A DNA stretch of 64,000 nucleotides from Squalus acanthias. Its lineage: Eukaryota. The notes below the pieces were generated by a model that saw nothing but the letters and a program-made list of their open reading frames with translations, was not told where the DNA came from and ran no database searches. The translations under genes and the position numbers were made by a program. Every line of letters starts with the position of its first letter. Within the stretch, counting starts at the first letter, position 1. Location: NCBI GenBank assembly GCA_030390025.1, contig CM059437.1, positions 20,336,001 through 20,400,000 of the forward strand. The letters run 5' to 3'. This document shows positions 1 to 11,715 of the stretch, one piece after another.

Positions 1-16
1 CACTAGACAGCCCTAT

Positions 17-226
17 AAATGAAAACAGAAAATGCTGGAAACACTCAGCTGGTCAGGCAGCATTTCTGGAGAGAGAAACAGAGTTAACGTTTTAGGTTGA
101 TGACCTTTCGAAAGGTCAACGTTAACTCTGTGTCTTTCTCCATGGATGCTGCCTGACCTGCTGAGTATTTCCAGCATTTTCTGTTTTTATTTCAGACTTC
201 CAGCATCTGCAGTATTTTGCTTTTGT
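17..226. mobile_element. Penelope-like terminal-repeat (pLTR) fold-back mini-insertion
   Basis: Large imperfect inverted repeat centred near 108. Arms match the 3' end of the GIY-YIG element at 62876-63633. 15-bp TSD ACTAGACAGCCCTAT at 2-16 and 227-241. Confidence 0.85.
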
Positions 227-932
227 ACTAGACAGCCCTATGATGGGAGTAAGCATATTGTAGCAATTACACTCCAAGATCACTCTTGTATTGTTTGTGT
301 TATTCTTTGACCGGAATGTTCAATAGGTTTTGAAATTAAAATCTGTTAATTTTTTCCACACAAATGCGAGTGTTTATTCGGATATAACAAGTATTTTATT
401 CCCTTCCCAATAAATATTTTCTTTCCCTCTAGTTCTGTCTATCCAATTACATTTGCTGATTTCTAACTATCTCTCTTATTCATGGGTGATGAATCCTCCC
501 TATTTCTGTTTCCATTCTTGCTGGTGAATTAGCCCTGTCCTGATATCGATTTCAGACCAGGATGTTTAGTCAGTATTCCATTATTTATTAGATTTCATTT
601 ACCCCACTTCTACCCCCATGAAATATAGTGTAGATACTTTTTCAGCCTTCATACTCTCATTGCTCTTCCAGGCAAGTCCTAGCTTCAAGAGCAGCTTCAC
701 TAGCCTTGTTTTTTTAGATGAGATTTCACTAACATGCCCAAAGAGAATGAACTGAATGCCCTTCCCATTAATTATTTTTAGCTACTGGACTCATCTTATT
801 CCTCTCTTTGATCGTACTCTCCCATCTGCAATGAGAGAGAGAGCATCGCAACTTCACACCTCATTTTAAGGTTAAATTAGTAAGTAAGTTGGTTTTACGA
901 AAGACGAACAAGTTAATAAATAAAGTGATATA

Positions 933-1051
933 CAGGTTGAGCGTCCAAAATCCGGACTTCCGGAATGTTCCGGGACGATTGGTGGCAGGGTCACCCGGAA
1001 TCCGTAAAATGTTCGAGAATCCGGAACTCCGGATTTTGGACACTCAACCTG
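933..1051. mobile_element. Tc1/mariner (pogo/Tigger-like) MITE, 119 bp
   Basis: 24-bp TIRs CAGGTTGAGYGTCCAAAATCCGGA with 1 mismatch; TA on both sides (931-932, 1052-1053). Confidence 0.85.
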
Positions 1052-1324
1052 TACTTCAAAAAGCCATTAACTTTTGTTGTCTTTTTTTGAAAAATCCTAT
1101 GAAAAATGCAAGTGATGCAATAAAACTTTAGTGTTGTGTTTTATCCTCCTTAATCTGCACAGCTCCACTAAGTGTTTCCGCCAGGCTGCGGCCATGGCAC
1201 CACACCGCCCTGGTGGCCTAGTGTAGGCCATCGGATGCTCTGCAGAGCTCGCAGCGTAACCTCCCCTTTAACAGAAGGGGAGGGGCGGAGAAACGCGTCA
1301 GCGCTACGCGGAGCGGCCCAGGCA

Positions 1325-1478
1325 TTTCCGGACTCGGAACATGTTTCTGATGTCCGAAAACGCCCGAGCCCAGGTTGCAATATTTCCGGACATCAGAAAC
1401 ACGTTCCGAAGTCCGGAAAAACACGAAAACCGGCTCGGCCTCGGTCCCAAGGTTGCCGGATTCAGGACGCTCAACCTG
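1325..1478. mobile_element. Right end of a related Tigger-like element
   Basis: Ends GGACGCTCAACCTG followed by TA (1479-1480); repeated TCCGGA/CCGAA motifs as in 933-1051. Confidence 0.65.
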
Positions 1479-1670
1479 TATTACACTAATATTACTGTAG
1501 AATACCTAGCTGGTTGAAAAGAATAGAAAATTATCACAATCTAGTATATTGGTTTGTAGAATACTTTTACATGCACAATGTTTCTTTTCTTGTATTTTTT
1601 AAGACTGTGGGAGCTGATTTTGGTGTGAACTATTGTCTAGAAAATTCCAAACAAACTCTCAGATAATAGA

Positions 1671-1791
1671 ATAGCAAAATACTGCGGATGCTGGAAATCC
1701 AAAATAACAACAGAAAACGCTGGAAAAACTCAGCAGGCCAGGCAGCATCCGTGGAGAGAGAAAGAGAGTTAACGTTTCAGGTCGATGACCT
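1671..1791 (-). mobile_element. Penelope-like pLTR fragment
   Basis: Same family as 17-226 and 62876-63633. 15-bp TSD CTCTCAGATAATAGA at 1656-1670 and 1792-1806. Confidence 0.85.
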
Positions 1792-2289
1792 CTCTCAGAT
1801 AATAGATATAGCTTCGTAAATATCCTTGAAAACAGTGACCAGGATTTCTTGGATTGAGGAACTGTCAACCGCATTTGAAATGAACTGGTTGTCATACATT
1901 AACTAAACAGTCATACTGTCTGTGCTTGTTCAAAAGTACCTTAATTCCACAACTTTTGCACACAACTGAACAAAACTTGAAACGCAAGTTAAGCTTGGTT
2001 CAAGATTCTAGTTGCAGCCTTCAGGTAAAATGTCTGCAGGGATTCCCTGATCGCTCGCCATAATTTTAGCAAATCGAGCAAATCGGGGGAAACCCTGGAG
2101 AACAGAGGGCTCTTTCCATGTGGGGTCATGCTCTGAAAACATTTCTAGATCTAGATTTATTTCACACAGGAATCTAACCCACACCACAAGTGACCGTGCA
2201 ATACTTCCATTCACCTACAAATGGGATTGGGGGGTGGGGGGGGGGGAGAAATTTGACCAAACTTGCTAGCTAATAGAGGCATGCACCAA

Positions 2290-2890
2290 AATACAGGAAG
2301 ACATAAGCAGGCTTGCAGAGTGGGCGGATAAATGACAAGTGAAATTCAATATAGCGAAGTGTGAGGTGATTCATTTTGGTAGAAGTAAGGTGGTCATTTA
2401 TTGCTGGGAAGACAACAACCTAAATGGGGTAGATGAGCAGAGATATGGGATTACAGATACATAAATCGCTAAAAGTAGCAACGCAAGTTGATGAGGCTAT
2501 AAAGAGTGCAAACAAAGTGGGTGGGGTTCATTTCTAGTGGAATCGAATACAAAAGTGGGATGTAATGTTAAAATGATATAGAACCTTGGTTAGACCACAT
2601 TTGGAGTAATGTGTGCAGTTCTGGTCTCCATATTATGAAAAAGGATATTGAACAACTGGAAAGATTTACAAGGATGTTACCAGAATTGAGAGATTGCAAC
2701 TGTCAGGAAAGATTGTGCAGGCTCTTTTCCCTGCAAAAGAGAAGACTACGAGACCTGACAGAGGTCTTTAAAATTAGGAAGGGGTTTAGTAGGGTGGAGA
2801 AGCTGTTTCCACTTGAGGGTGAGTCTCAAATAAGGACGCATAAATATAACATAGTCACCAACAGATTAAATTAAGAATTTAGGATGCATC
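2290..2890 (+). mobile_element. Degraded CR1 LINE, RT C-terminal fragment
   Basis: KCEVIHFG, LVRPHLE and SLQKRRLRDLTEVFKI motifs with stops and frameshifts. Confidence 0.85.
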
Positions 2891-3450
2891 TGACATCATT
2901 GGACTCTGACAGTGCTTTTAACTTTGGACTGATTGGGAAAGACAGGTGAAGAGGATCAGGAAGTTGAAGAGGCCCCCCCAGGCAAGCAGAAATTCTCCTC
3001 TGGGCCCCATAACTAAAATTTAGAATTCTTCTGATGTGGAATGCCCCCAACACTAGACCCAACTGAACGCCCGTCCCTACACTTACCTGAGTGCTGGCAG
3101 GCGGTCTAGGGCCGCCTGATTTTCCAGAGGCCAGCAGCCCCTTCCATCCATTCCAGCCAGGAAGTGCACCAACCTGACAGTTAAAATTGCCGTGGCCTCA
3201 TACTTTCAGAGGCAGGCGGGACACTAACTGAAATCAGTGGTTTTCTGCTAGCAGTTTAAAATATCCCCCTTGGAGTGTAATTTCACCCCGTTCTTTGTAA
3301 ATGAGAGAAAATTTTGCCCCTGCCATCCAAAATAAACCTCACCTGCAGAAGTCCTGTGCAGTTGTGATCCTGAAAAACACAGCTGTTTCTGCAATCTTCC
3401 CTGCATCCTCTCGCCCCAAAAGTGACTAGAAATAAAAACCCAGACATGCG

Positions 3451-3793
3451 GGGAGTGATTTTGCCAATGGGAAGCTTTTGGAGGCGGGACTCCCACTTGT
3501 CAGGTTTCAGTCCCGCCTCCAACAACTTCTGGCCAACCCACGCTATTTTCCCTTGATTGAACTTGTTAAGCCCGCCCAGCGGGCTTAGCAGGCCAATTAA
3601 GGGAAAGCCGGTTGCAGAGAACGTCAACGTATGACGTTTCATCTGTCAAAAATTCTTGACCGATGAATTGTCATCGTTTGACAGCTCTGTGAAGCTGTCA
3701 AACACTGACAATCTCTGTAGTCCCCAAATTCTACCATTTTCCCGGCAGTCCCGATTCCATACCCGCCTCCCCAGCGCTGGCAAAATCGCCCCC
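3451..3793. mobile_element. Harbinger-like MITE, internally deleted and inverted relative of 7718-8579
   Basis: Ends GGGAGTGATTTTGCCA / TGGCAAAATCGCCCCC. About 280 bp match the reverse complement of ~8330-8579. Flanks GCG/GTG. Confidence 0.75.
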
Positions 3794-5968
3794 GTGGTTT
3801 CAGAATCGCAGCGACATGTTTGCAGAATCTCTGTGCCGGCTGTGTTTCAATACTAAACAATTTGGGTAGGAAAAAAATGTAAACTTGAGCCAAGCCGCAA
3901 AGATTCAGGTTTGGGCCTGGTCAATTTGGATGCATCAAGTATGCCAGTCTTTAGTTTCAGTGTTTCCTTATCAAAATAAACCAGTTGTCCTGGTGTGAAC
4001 CTATAGTAAAGCCTATTGTAAATGCATGACAAGTAACGAACACATTTATTGTTCAGCAAATTTTACAGTAATCAGTGGATTGCCCATGGTGTTGCTCACA
4101 GATAACACAGGAGGACATGGGAGCTGGTGGGCCAGGAACGTTGTTTTGTCCGTTTCTCTGGATTTGATTGGTCTGTACTAACGAATAGTTATGACGGACC
4201 AATTGTCAATGCTCCAGGGACTGTCTAATCCCACAGTTTTACAGGCCGAGAACTTTTAATTAGATAGAAGTAAGAAACGTGTGTAAATTGGTGCCAAAAT
4301 GTTGAAAGTTACCACAGTTAGAATTCTTAGATGCAGATGTGATATTTTGTTAATTTTCATTTTGAGAACATTGCCGGTGTAAGTGAGTTTGCAGCTGTTA
4401 TCTTGTTCCATTATAGGCTCAGTGATGTGCAAAATAGAAGACCTGAACATTGTGTTAGTGGGGCCTGTAAGTCTTTTCAGGCTCCATTAAAAAGGAAATT
4501 GTTGTGGCCGCAGTTCTGGGCTCAACTTGACACTGTTGAATTGGATGTCATTTTTTGTGCTGTGAACTTGTGGCTTTTCTATTAGCGACATAGTTAACAC
4601 TGCCAGAACTCAATTCAGTGATGACCTGCAGTAATTGTGCTAGAAAGCTTTCACTTCGCCAGACTGATAGAATTCAGTACCCAGCTACGTCTTTGCTTCA
4701 ACAAAGTAGTTTCGAAAGGTGAAGCTCAGTGTGCCAAAATTTCCAGCTCATATGTGGATGTCCACATCAGAAGTGAGCATTTGTGACTCGAGAGCACCCA
4801 TGTAAAAGCACATTTTCCTATTTCAAGATCTTTCTTCTCAAAACGACTGAGAAAACAATTTAAGACACAAAGATTTGAATCTCGAATCTTTTCCAAACAA
4901 AGCTCAGTTTTGCCTGGACTGTTTACAACAGTAAAATACAGATTGGTCCTGTTTACACAAAGATGCCAGTAAGCAACATTCCCCCAGTGATCATTATTAC
5001 ATCCTCTCAAATTTTCTGCACTAGCTCCTACATCACAAAATAGTGTGGCGTAATATTATAACTGGATGACAAGTATCTGGGCATCTGGCAGGATTTATGG
5101 CTGCAAATCTGACCTTGCTGTATAGTTAGCCAAGATGGAGTGAACAGAGGACTGCAATTCATAACCAAATGTCTGGACTACACAGACAGAAGTGCTTTTC
5201 TGTTATGTGTGTCTTGGGGGTTATTAACACCACATGAAAAGCAACTCAAATAAATTGTTCTTCTTTAACATGTGTTAAAGAATTCTGGAACAGCGGAATC
5301 CGAAGCAAGCAAAATATGTGGGATTGTGTAGTATTAAAAAGATACATCTTCAATTAGTGCCTTATCACTAATGTATCATAGAATCAAATAGTACAGGACA
5401 GAAGAAGTCCATTCGGCCCATCGAGTCTGTGCCTGCTCTTTCGAAGAGCAATCCAGTTAGTCCCACTCCCCCGCTCTTTCCCCATATCCCTGCAATTTTT
5501 TCTCCTTCAAGTATTTATCCAATTCCCTTTTGAATGCTACTATTGAATCTGAATCCACCACCCTATCAGGCAGTGCATTCCAAATCCTAACCACTCGTTG
5601 CATAAAACAGTTTTTCCTCATGTCGCCTCTGGTTCTTTTGCCAATCATCTGTGCCCTCTGGTTATCGACCCTTCAGCCATTGGAAACTCTATTTATTTAC
5701 TCTATCTAAAGCCCTTTATCAAATCGCCCATTGTAACCTTCTCTGCTCTAAGGAGAACAACCCTAGTTTCTCCAGTCTATCCACTTAACTGTAATCCCTC
5801 ATCCCTGGAACCATTCTAGTAAATCTCTTCTGTACCCTCTCCAAAGCCTTCAGGTCCTTCCTAAAGTGTGGTGCCCAGAATTGGACACACCAGCTGGGAC
5901 TGAACCAGTGTTTTATATAGGATTAGCATAACTTCCTGGCTTTTGTATTCTATGCCTCTGTTTATAAA

Positions 5969-6115
5969 ATTGAGAGGTCGCACAACACCAGGTTATAGTC
6001 CAACAGTTTTATTTGAAATCACAAGCTTTCGGAGCTTACTACTCCTTCGTCGGGTGAAGTAAAAAGATACAGAATCGCCAAAGCATATATAGATAGAGAA
6101 CAATGCATGTGTACC
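5969..6115 (-). mobile_element. Penelope-like 3' fragment (second family) inserted in CR1
   Basis: 8-bp TSD TTTATAAA at 5961-5968 and 6116-6123 restores the CR1. Contains a hammerhead-like motif and AATAAA on the minus strand. Confidence 0.75.
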
Positions 6116-7173
6116 TTTATAAAGCCCAGGATCCCATAGGCTTTGTTAACTGCTTTGTTAACCTGTCCTGCCACCTTCAAAGATTTGTGCACAAACACCC
6201 CCAGGTGTCTCTGTTCTAGCACTGCCTTTAAAATTGTATAATTTAGTGTGTATTGTCTCTCCTCATTCTTCCTACTAAAATGTATCACCTCACACTTTTC
6301 TGTGCTGAATTTTATCTGCTGTGTGTCCACCCATTCCACTAGGAATGCCTATGTCCTCTTGAAGTCTATTACTATCTTCCTCACTGTTTACTACACTTCC
6401 AAGGTCGTGTCATCTGCAAATTTTGAAGTTGTGGCCTGTACCCTCAAGTCCAAGTCATTAATGTATATCAAAAACCACAGTGGTCCAAGTACTGAACCCT
6501 GGGGAACACCACTGTATACCTCCCTCCAGTTCGACAAACAGCCATTCACAACAACTCTTTTTTATCACTTAGTCAATTTTGTATCCATGCTGCTACTGCC
6601 CATTTTATCCCATGAGCTTCAGTTTTGCTAACAAGCCAATGTGTGGTACTTTATACACCTTCTCTGTTACTCCATCAAAAAACTCAATCAAGTTAATCAA
6701 GCAAGTTTGCCCTGAACAAATCCGTGCTGGCTCGTCTTTATTAGTCCAAATGGTTGCTAATTTTCTCCTGAATTATTGTTTCTAAAAGCTTACCCACCAC
6801 CGACGTTAAACTGACTGGCCTATAATTGCCAGGTTTATCCTTCTCCCCTTTTTTGAATAAAGGTGTAACATTTGCAATCCTCCAGTCCTCTGGCACCACC
6901 CCTGTATCTAAGGAGGATTGGAAGATTGTGGCCAGCACCTCCGCAATTTCCACCCTTATTTCCCTCCGCAACCTAGGATGCATCCCATCCGAATTGGATG
7001 ACTTATCCATTTTAAGTACTGCCAGCATTTCTAGTACCTCTTCTTTATCTATTTTTATCTGATCCAATATCCTGACAACCTTCTCGTTTACTGTAGTGCC
7101 TCCACCAATAGATCTCCATTTTGGTCGATAATCAGCCTCACAGCAACCCTAATAACCCTTTTACTGTTAATAT

Positions 7174-9111
7174 CATAGAATCAGAATGGTTACAGCACAG
7201 AAGGAGGCCATTTGGCCCGTCGAGCCCGTGCCGGCTCTCTGCAAGAGCACTTCAGCTGGTCCCACTCCCCCCGTCCTTTACCCGTAGCCCTGCACATGTT
7301 TTTCCTTCAGGCACTTATCCAATTCCCATTTGAAAGCCATGATTGATTCTGCCTCTACCACCCTTACAGGCAGTACATTCCAGATCCTAACCACTCGCTG
7401 TGTAAAAACGTTTTTCCTCATGTCGCCTTTGGTTCTTCTGCCAATCACCTTAAATCTGTGTCCTCTGGTTGTCGACCTTTCTGCCAATGGGAACAGTTTC
7501 TCTCTATCTACTCTGTCTCGACCCCTCATGATTTTGAGCACCTCTATCAAATCTCCTCTCAACTTTCTCTGCTCTAAGGAGAACAACCCCAGATTCTACA
7601 GTCTATCGACGTAACTGAAGTCCCTCATCCCTGGAACCACTCTTGTAAATCTTTTCTGCACCCTCTATAAGGCCTTCACATCCTTCCTAAAGTGCGGTGC
7701 CCAGAATTAGACACAATGGGGGCGATTTTCTCAGCCCCGAGGAGGCGGGGATGGAGGCAGGACTGCCGAGAAAATGGCAGAATTTGGGGGTGGGTGGCAA
7801 ACCCGCCCCCAACCCGCCTCCATGCCATCTTCCCAGGAGGCGGGTTGCCGTCCCGCACCGGGTCCCGTCTTCTGGGAGGCGGGAAGGGATTAAAGCCTAT
7901 TAACTGCCTATTAACAGTCCGAGGAACTGCCTAAGAAGAACAGGTAGTTAACAGGCAGAAAATAGGATTATCCCATTTTTGCCCTCACAAGTGCGGGCTT
8001 CCCGAAGAGTCCAAAAACACCAGCTCAGCGAGGCGAGTACTGGGTCTGCGGGGGTTGCAAAAGTGTGGTGTGAAGGTAAGTGATGGGTGAAAGAGTGTAG
8101 AGGTGAGTATCTGAGGTAAGTCCTAAGTGTTTTTAAAAGTGTACTTACCTTTGTTTCTTCCTGCAGGCTTCAGCCGGTGTCTATACGAAGAGTCTCACAC
8201 CTCCGTGTTGCAGATGAGAGATGTCCGTTGCATTCTCATATGCAACAAACATCTCATTTCTGTAAAAGAAAGAAGGTTGATGAGTTCTTGTATGCAAGAC
8301 CTCATCAAACTACACAGAATGTTACTGTTTGACAGCTTCACAGAGCTGTTAAACGATGACATTTCTTCTTTCAAAAATTCTTGACAGATGACACGTCATA
8401 CGTTGATGTACTCTGCAACCGACTTCCCCCTAATTGGCCTGCTAAGCCCGCCGGGCGGGCTTAACAAGGTCAATCAGGGGAAAATCCCGCTGGTTGGCCA
8501 GAAGCTGATGGAGGCGGGACTGAAACCCGACAAGTGGGAGTCCCGCCTCCAAAAGCTTCCCATTGAGAAAATCACCCCCAATACTCCAGTTGAGGCTGAA
8601 CCAGTGTTTTATAAAGGTTCATCATTATTTCCTTGCTTTTGTACTCTATACCTCTATTTATGAAGCCCAGGATCCTGTATGCTTTTTTAACCGCTTTCTC
8701 AACCTGCCCTGCCACCTTCAATGATTTGTGCACTTGTACCCCCAGGTGTCTCTGTTCATGCACCCCCTTTAGAATTGTACCCTTTAGTTTATATTGCCGC
8801 TCCTCGTTCTTCCTACCAAAATGTATCACTTCGCACTTTTCTGCGTTAAATTTCATCTGCCACGTGTCCGCCCATTCCACCAGCCAGTCTATGTCCTCTT
8901 GAAGTCTATCACTATCCTCCTCACTGTTCACTATACTACCAAGTTTTGTGTCATATGCAAATTTTGCTCTGTACACCCAAGTCCAAGTCATTAATATATA
9001 TCAAGAAAAGCAGTGGTCCGAGTACCGATCCCTGGGGAACATCACTGTATACTTTCCTCCAGTCCAATAAACAACCGTTCATCACTACTCGGTTTCCTGT
9101 CACTTAGCCAA
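7174..9111 (-). mobile_element. Second CR1 LINE 3' portion nested in the first
   Basis: New 3' tail near 7174; RT ORFs 7278-7586 and 8572-8991. TSD TTAATAT at 7167-7173 and 9112-9118. Confidence 0.85.
7718..8579. mobile_element. PIF/Harbinger-like non-autonomous element, 862 bp
   Basis: 16-bp TIRs GGGGGYGATTTTCTCA. 3-bp TSD AAT (7715-7717, 8580-8582); removal restores the CR1 sequence GACACAATACTCCAG. Confidence 0.85.
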
Positions 9112-10054
9112 TTAATATGCCTATAGAAGACCTTTGGATTCCCTTTTATGTTGGCCACCAATCTATTCTCGTACTGTCTCTTTGCTCCTCTTATTTCCTT
9201 TTTCACTTCTCCTCTGTACATTGTATATTCAGCTTGATTTTCCCTTGTATTATCAAGCTGACATCTGACATCAAGCTTCTTCATCCTACTCTCTAACTCT
9301 CATCATCCAGGGAGCTCTGGTTTTGGTTGTACTGCTTTACCCCTTGTGGGAATGTACCTAGACTGTATCCGAACCATCTCCTCTTTAAAGGCCGGCCATT
9401 GCTCCATTACATTTCTGCCTGCCAGTCTTTAACTCCAGCTTACCTGGGCCAGATCCCTCCTCAATTCGCTGAAATTAGCCCTCCTGCAGTTAAGTATTTT
9501 TATTCTGGATTGCTCCTTGTCCTTCTCCATAACTAATCTAAACCTTATGATACTGTGATCACTATTCCTGAGATGCTCCCCCACTGTGACATTCTCCACT
9601 TGATCCACTTCATTTCCCAGGACTAGATCCAGCAATGCCTCCTTCCTTGTTGGGCAGGAAACATACTGATCAAGAAAATTCTCCTGAACACACTTCAGAA
9701 ATTCCTCCCCTTCTCTGCCCTTAACACAATCACTGCCCCATTCAATATTGGGGTAGTTAAAGTCTCCTGTTGTCACTACTCTATAGTTCATGCACCTCTC
9801 AGTAATTTCCTTGCAAATCTGCTCCTCTATCTCCTTCCCACTATTTGGTGGCCTATAAAATACATCAAGTAGCATAATAGCTCCTCTATTGTTTCTTAAC
9901 TCCAACCAAATCGACCCATCAAGGACATTCTTTCTTTCTAGCCCTGTAATATTTTCCTTAATCAAAACTGCTACCCCTCCTCCTTTTCCTTCCCTATCTT
10001 TCCTGACTACCTTGTACCGAGGAATATTAAGCATCCAGTCCTCCCCTTCCTCTC

Positions 10055-11040
10055 AGAAACTTCTCAAAGTGCTTCACATACAACAATTTATTTGAAACAC
10101 AGCAACTGTTATATAGGCAAATCGACAGTTAATCTGTTATTTGGTTGAAGGGGGAATGTTGGCCAGAATATAGAGAGAATTGTCCAATGCAACAGGCAGT
10201 TGGATCTTGATTTAATGTTTCATCCAAAATACTGCACTCCTGATAATGCTGCAGGTGTACTGTACTAGATTTCTGTAGTTTACAATATATCCTCAAATCC
10301 TGTAGCTTGAACCCATAGGGGGAAAAATTGAGTCGCGCCCCCCTTTGGGGCGCTAACTTCGCCGGGGCGCTACATTTAGCTCCCCGAAAAAATTAGCGCC
10401 CCCGCAGCTGAAATTCATCGGTAGCACCCCAAGAGGGAAGCGGTGCACTACTAGAAGTGCCCCGCCTCCCTCTTGGGGCGCTGCAAGGGAATATCGCGGT
10501 GCTACGTGCCGTGGTACTTCAGGCCTTCCTCCCCTTCTTAAAGGGGAGGGGCCTTGTGCAGTGTGACCCGGGGCCACCAGGGATCAGGAGTGCTGGAAAA
10601 AGAGCCCGTGGGGGGGCCTTCAGAGGAGGCTGGGGACGGCAACGGGGGCATGTGCTGGCAGGCAGCCAGCAACAAAAATGGCCTGCCCGGCACCTCTCCT
10701 TTAATTAGCGCCGCCCCAGCCGCAGGTAGGTCTCCCGACCCCGTCGGACATCGCGTCCAGTGGCAAGTCGGGGCGCTACCGAAGATCGCGGCCGGGGCGC
10801 GAGCGGGTTGCTGTGCATGGTGATGACGTAATCGCCGGTGGCGCAGCGCCGTGGGGCACTAACGGTTACCGCCACCGCTAACCTCCTGCTGAATTTCGAG
10901 GGAGGCGTTGGCGGCGCCGCACCCGAGCACTAGTTGCTTTGCGCCCCATTAACGGGAGGCACAAAGCAACCGAATTTTTCCCCATAATCTATCGACTCAG
11001 AGGCAAAAGTGCTACCAACTGAGCAAAACTGCCATCACTA
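10055..11040 (-). mobile_element. Degraded Deu-domain tRNA SINE interrupted by a MITE
   Basis: Similar to 18731-19158 and 32609-33070. Head (TTGAACCCA...GACTCAGAGG...CTGAGC) is split by 10318-10983. Confidence 0.65.
10318..10983. mobile_element. GC/CpG-rich Harbinger-like MITE
   Basis: TIR GGGGAAAAATT / AATTTTTCCCC; TSD ATA (10315-10317, 10984-10986). Confidence 0.8.
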
Positions 11041-11524
11041 ATATTTTGGCACCAACTTACGTGTAAGGGAAAATGGACACTGAAACAAGGAAGGGAAGAT
11101 TCGGAAGAGGTACCAAAAGAGTTGAATTTTAAGGACGGGCTTAAAGGAGGAGAGGTGGAGGGATTTAGGGAGGGAATCCAGAGCGTGGGCCATAGGCAGC
11201 GACAGCAAGATCCTGGATGGAGCAAAGGGAGGGGCAGATGTCCAAGTAGCTGGGATGTGGGATTCAGTGAACTGAATTGGTTGGGTTTTGGCTCTATTTA
11301 TTATTTTTATAACTTGCTGTGTATTCCAAAAGGTCATAAAATTGAACAAGAACTTCAGTTTGAATCAATCGAATTTACTTTGCAGTCGATATTGTAGTAA
11401 CATCGCAAGAGTAGTTTTTATTTAAACATTACTTACCCTTAAATCTTTCAATTCATTTGTGTTCTTGCTTTGATTTATAAATTTTATTTGGCCCTTGGTA
11501 ATACTGAGATGCTCAACTAAGTAA

Positions 11525-11598
11525 GTAAGAAAGAAAGACAGAAAGCCTTGCATTTATATAGCGTCTTTCATGACCTCAGGACATCCCAAAGCGCTTTA
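11525..11598 (-). mobile_element. Deu-SINE 3' end, resuming at ~16225-16280 after the CR1 insertion
   Basis: TTGCATTTATATAGCG...CCCAAAGCGCTTTA resumes as CCAATGAAGTACTTTT at 16225, matching the SINE at 18731-19158. Confidence 0.75.
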
Positions 11599-11715
11599 AG
11601 AACATAAGAAATAGGAGCAGGAGTAGGCCATTCGGCCCTTCGAGCCTGCTCCACCATTCAATGAGATCATGGCTCATCTTCTGCCTCAACTCCATTCACC
11701 GGCCCTATCGCCATA

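Larger units (their letters stand above)
5375..10050 (-). mobile_element. CR1 LINE, 5'-truncated with internal deletions; hosts three nested insertions
   Basis: APE endonuclease ORF 9429-10034 (GDFNYP, SDH) and RT fragments 6741-7067, 6019-6339 and 5457-5648. CR1 3' hairpin and (GATTCTAT) tail near 5375. Confidence 0.9.

Noticed and set aside
2170-2214. Assignment of the CTVTCGVG peptide to SPACA1, TMEM81 or an ADAMTS gene
   Set aside because: The motif is shared by many TSP1-like proteins and no further matching exons were seen.
10318-10983. CpG island or promoter
   Set aside because: Bounded by TIRs and a TSD inside a SINE, so it is a transposon. The same applies to the GC-rich blocks at 16.8, 44.5 and 45.8 kb.
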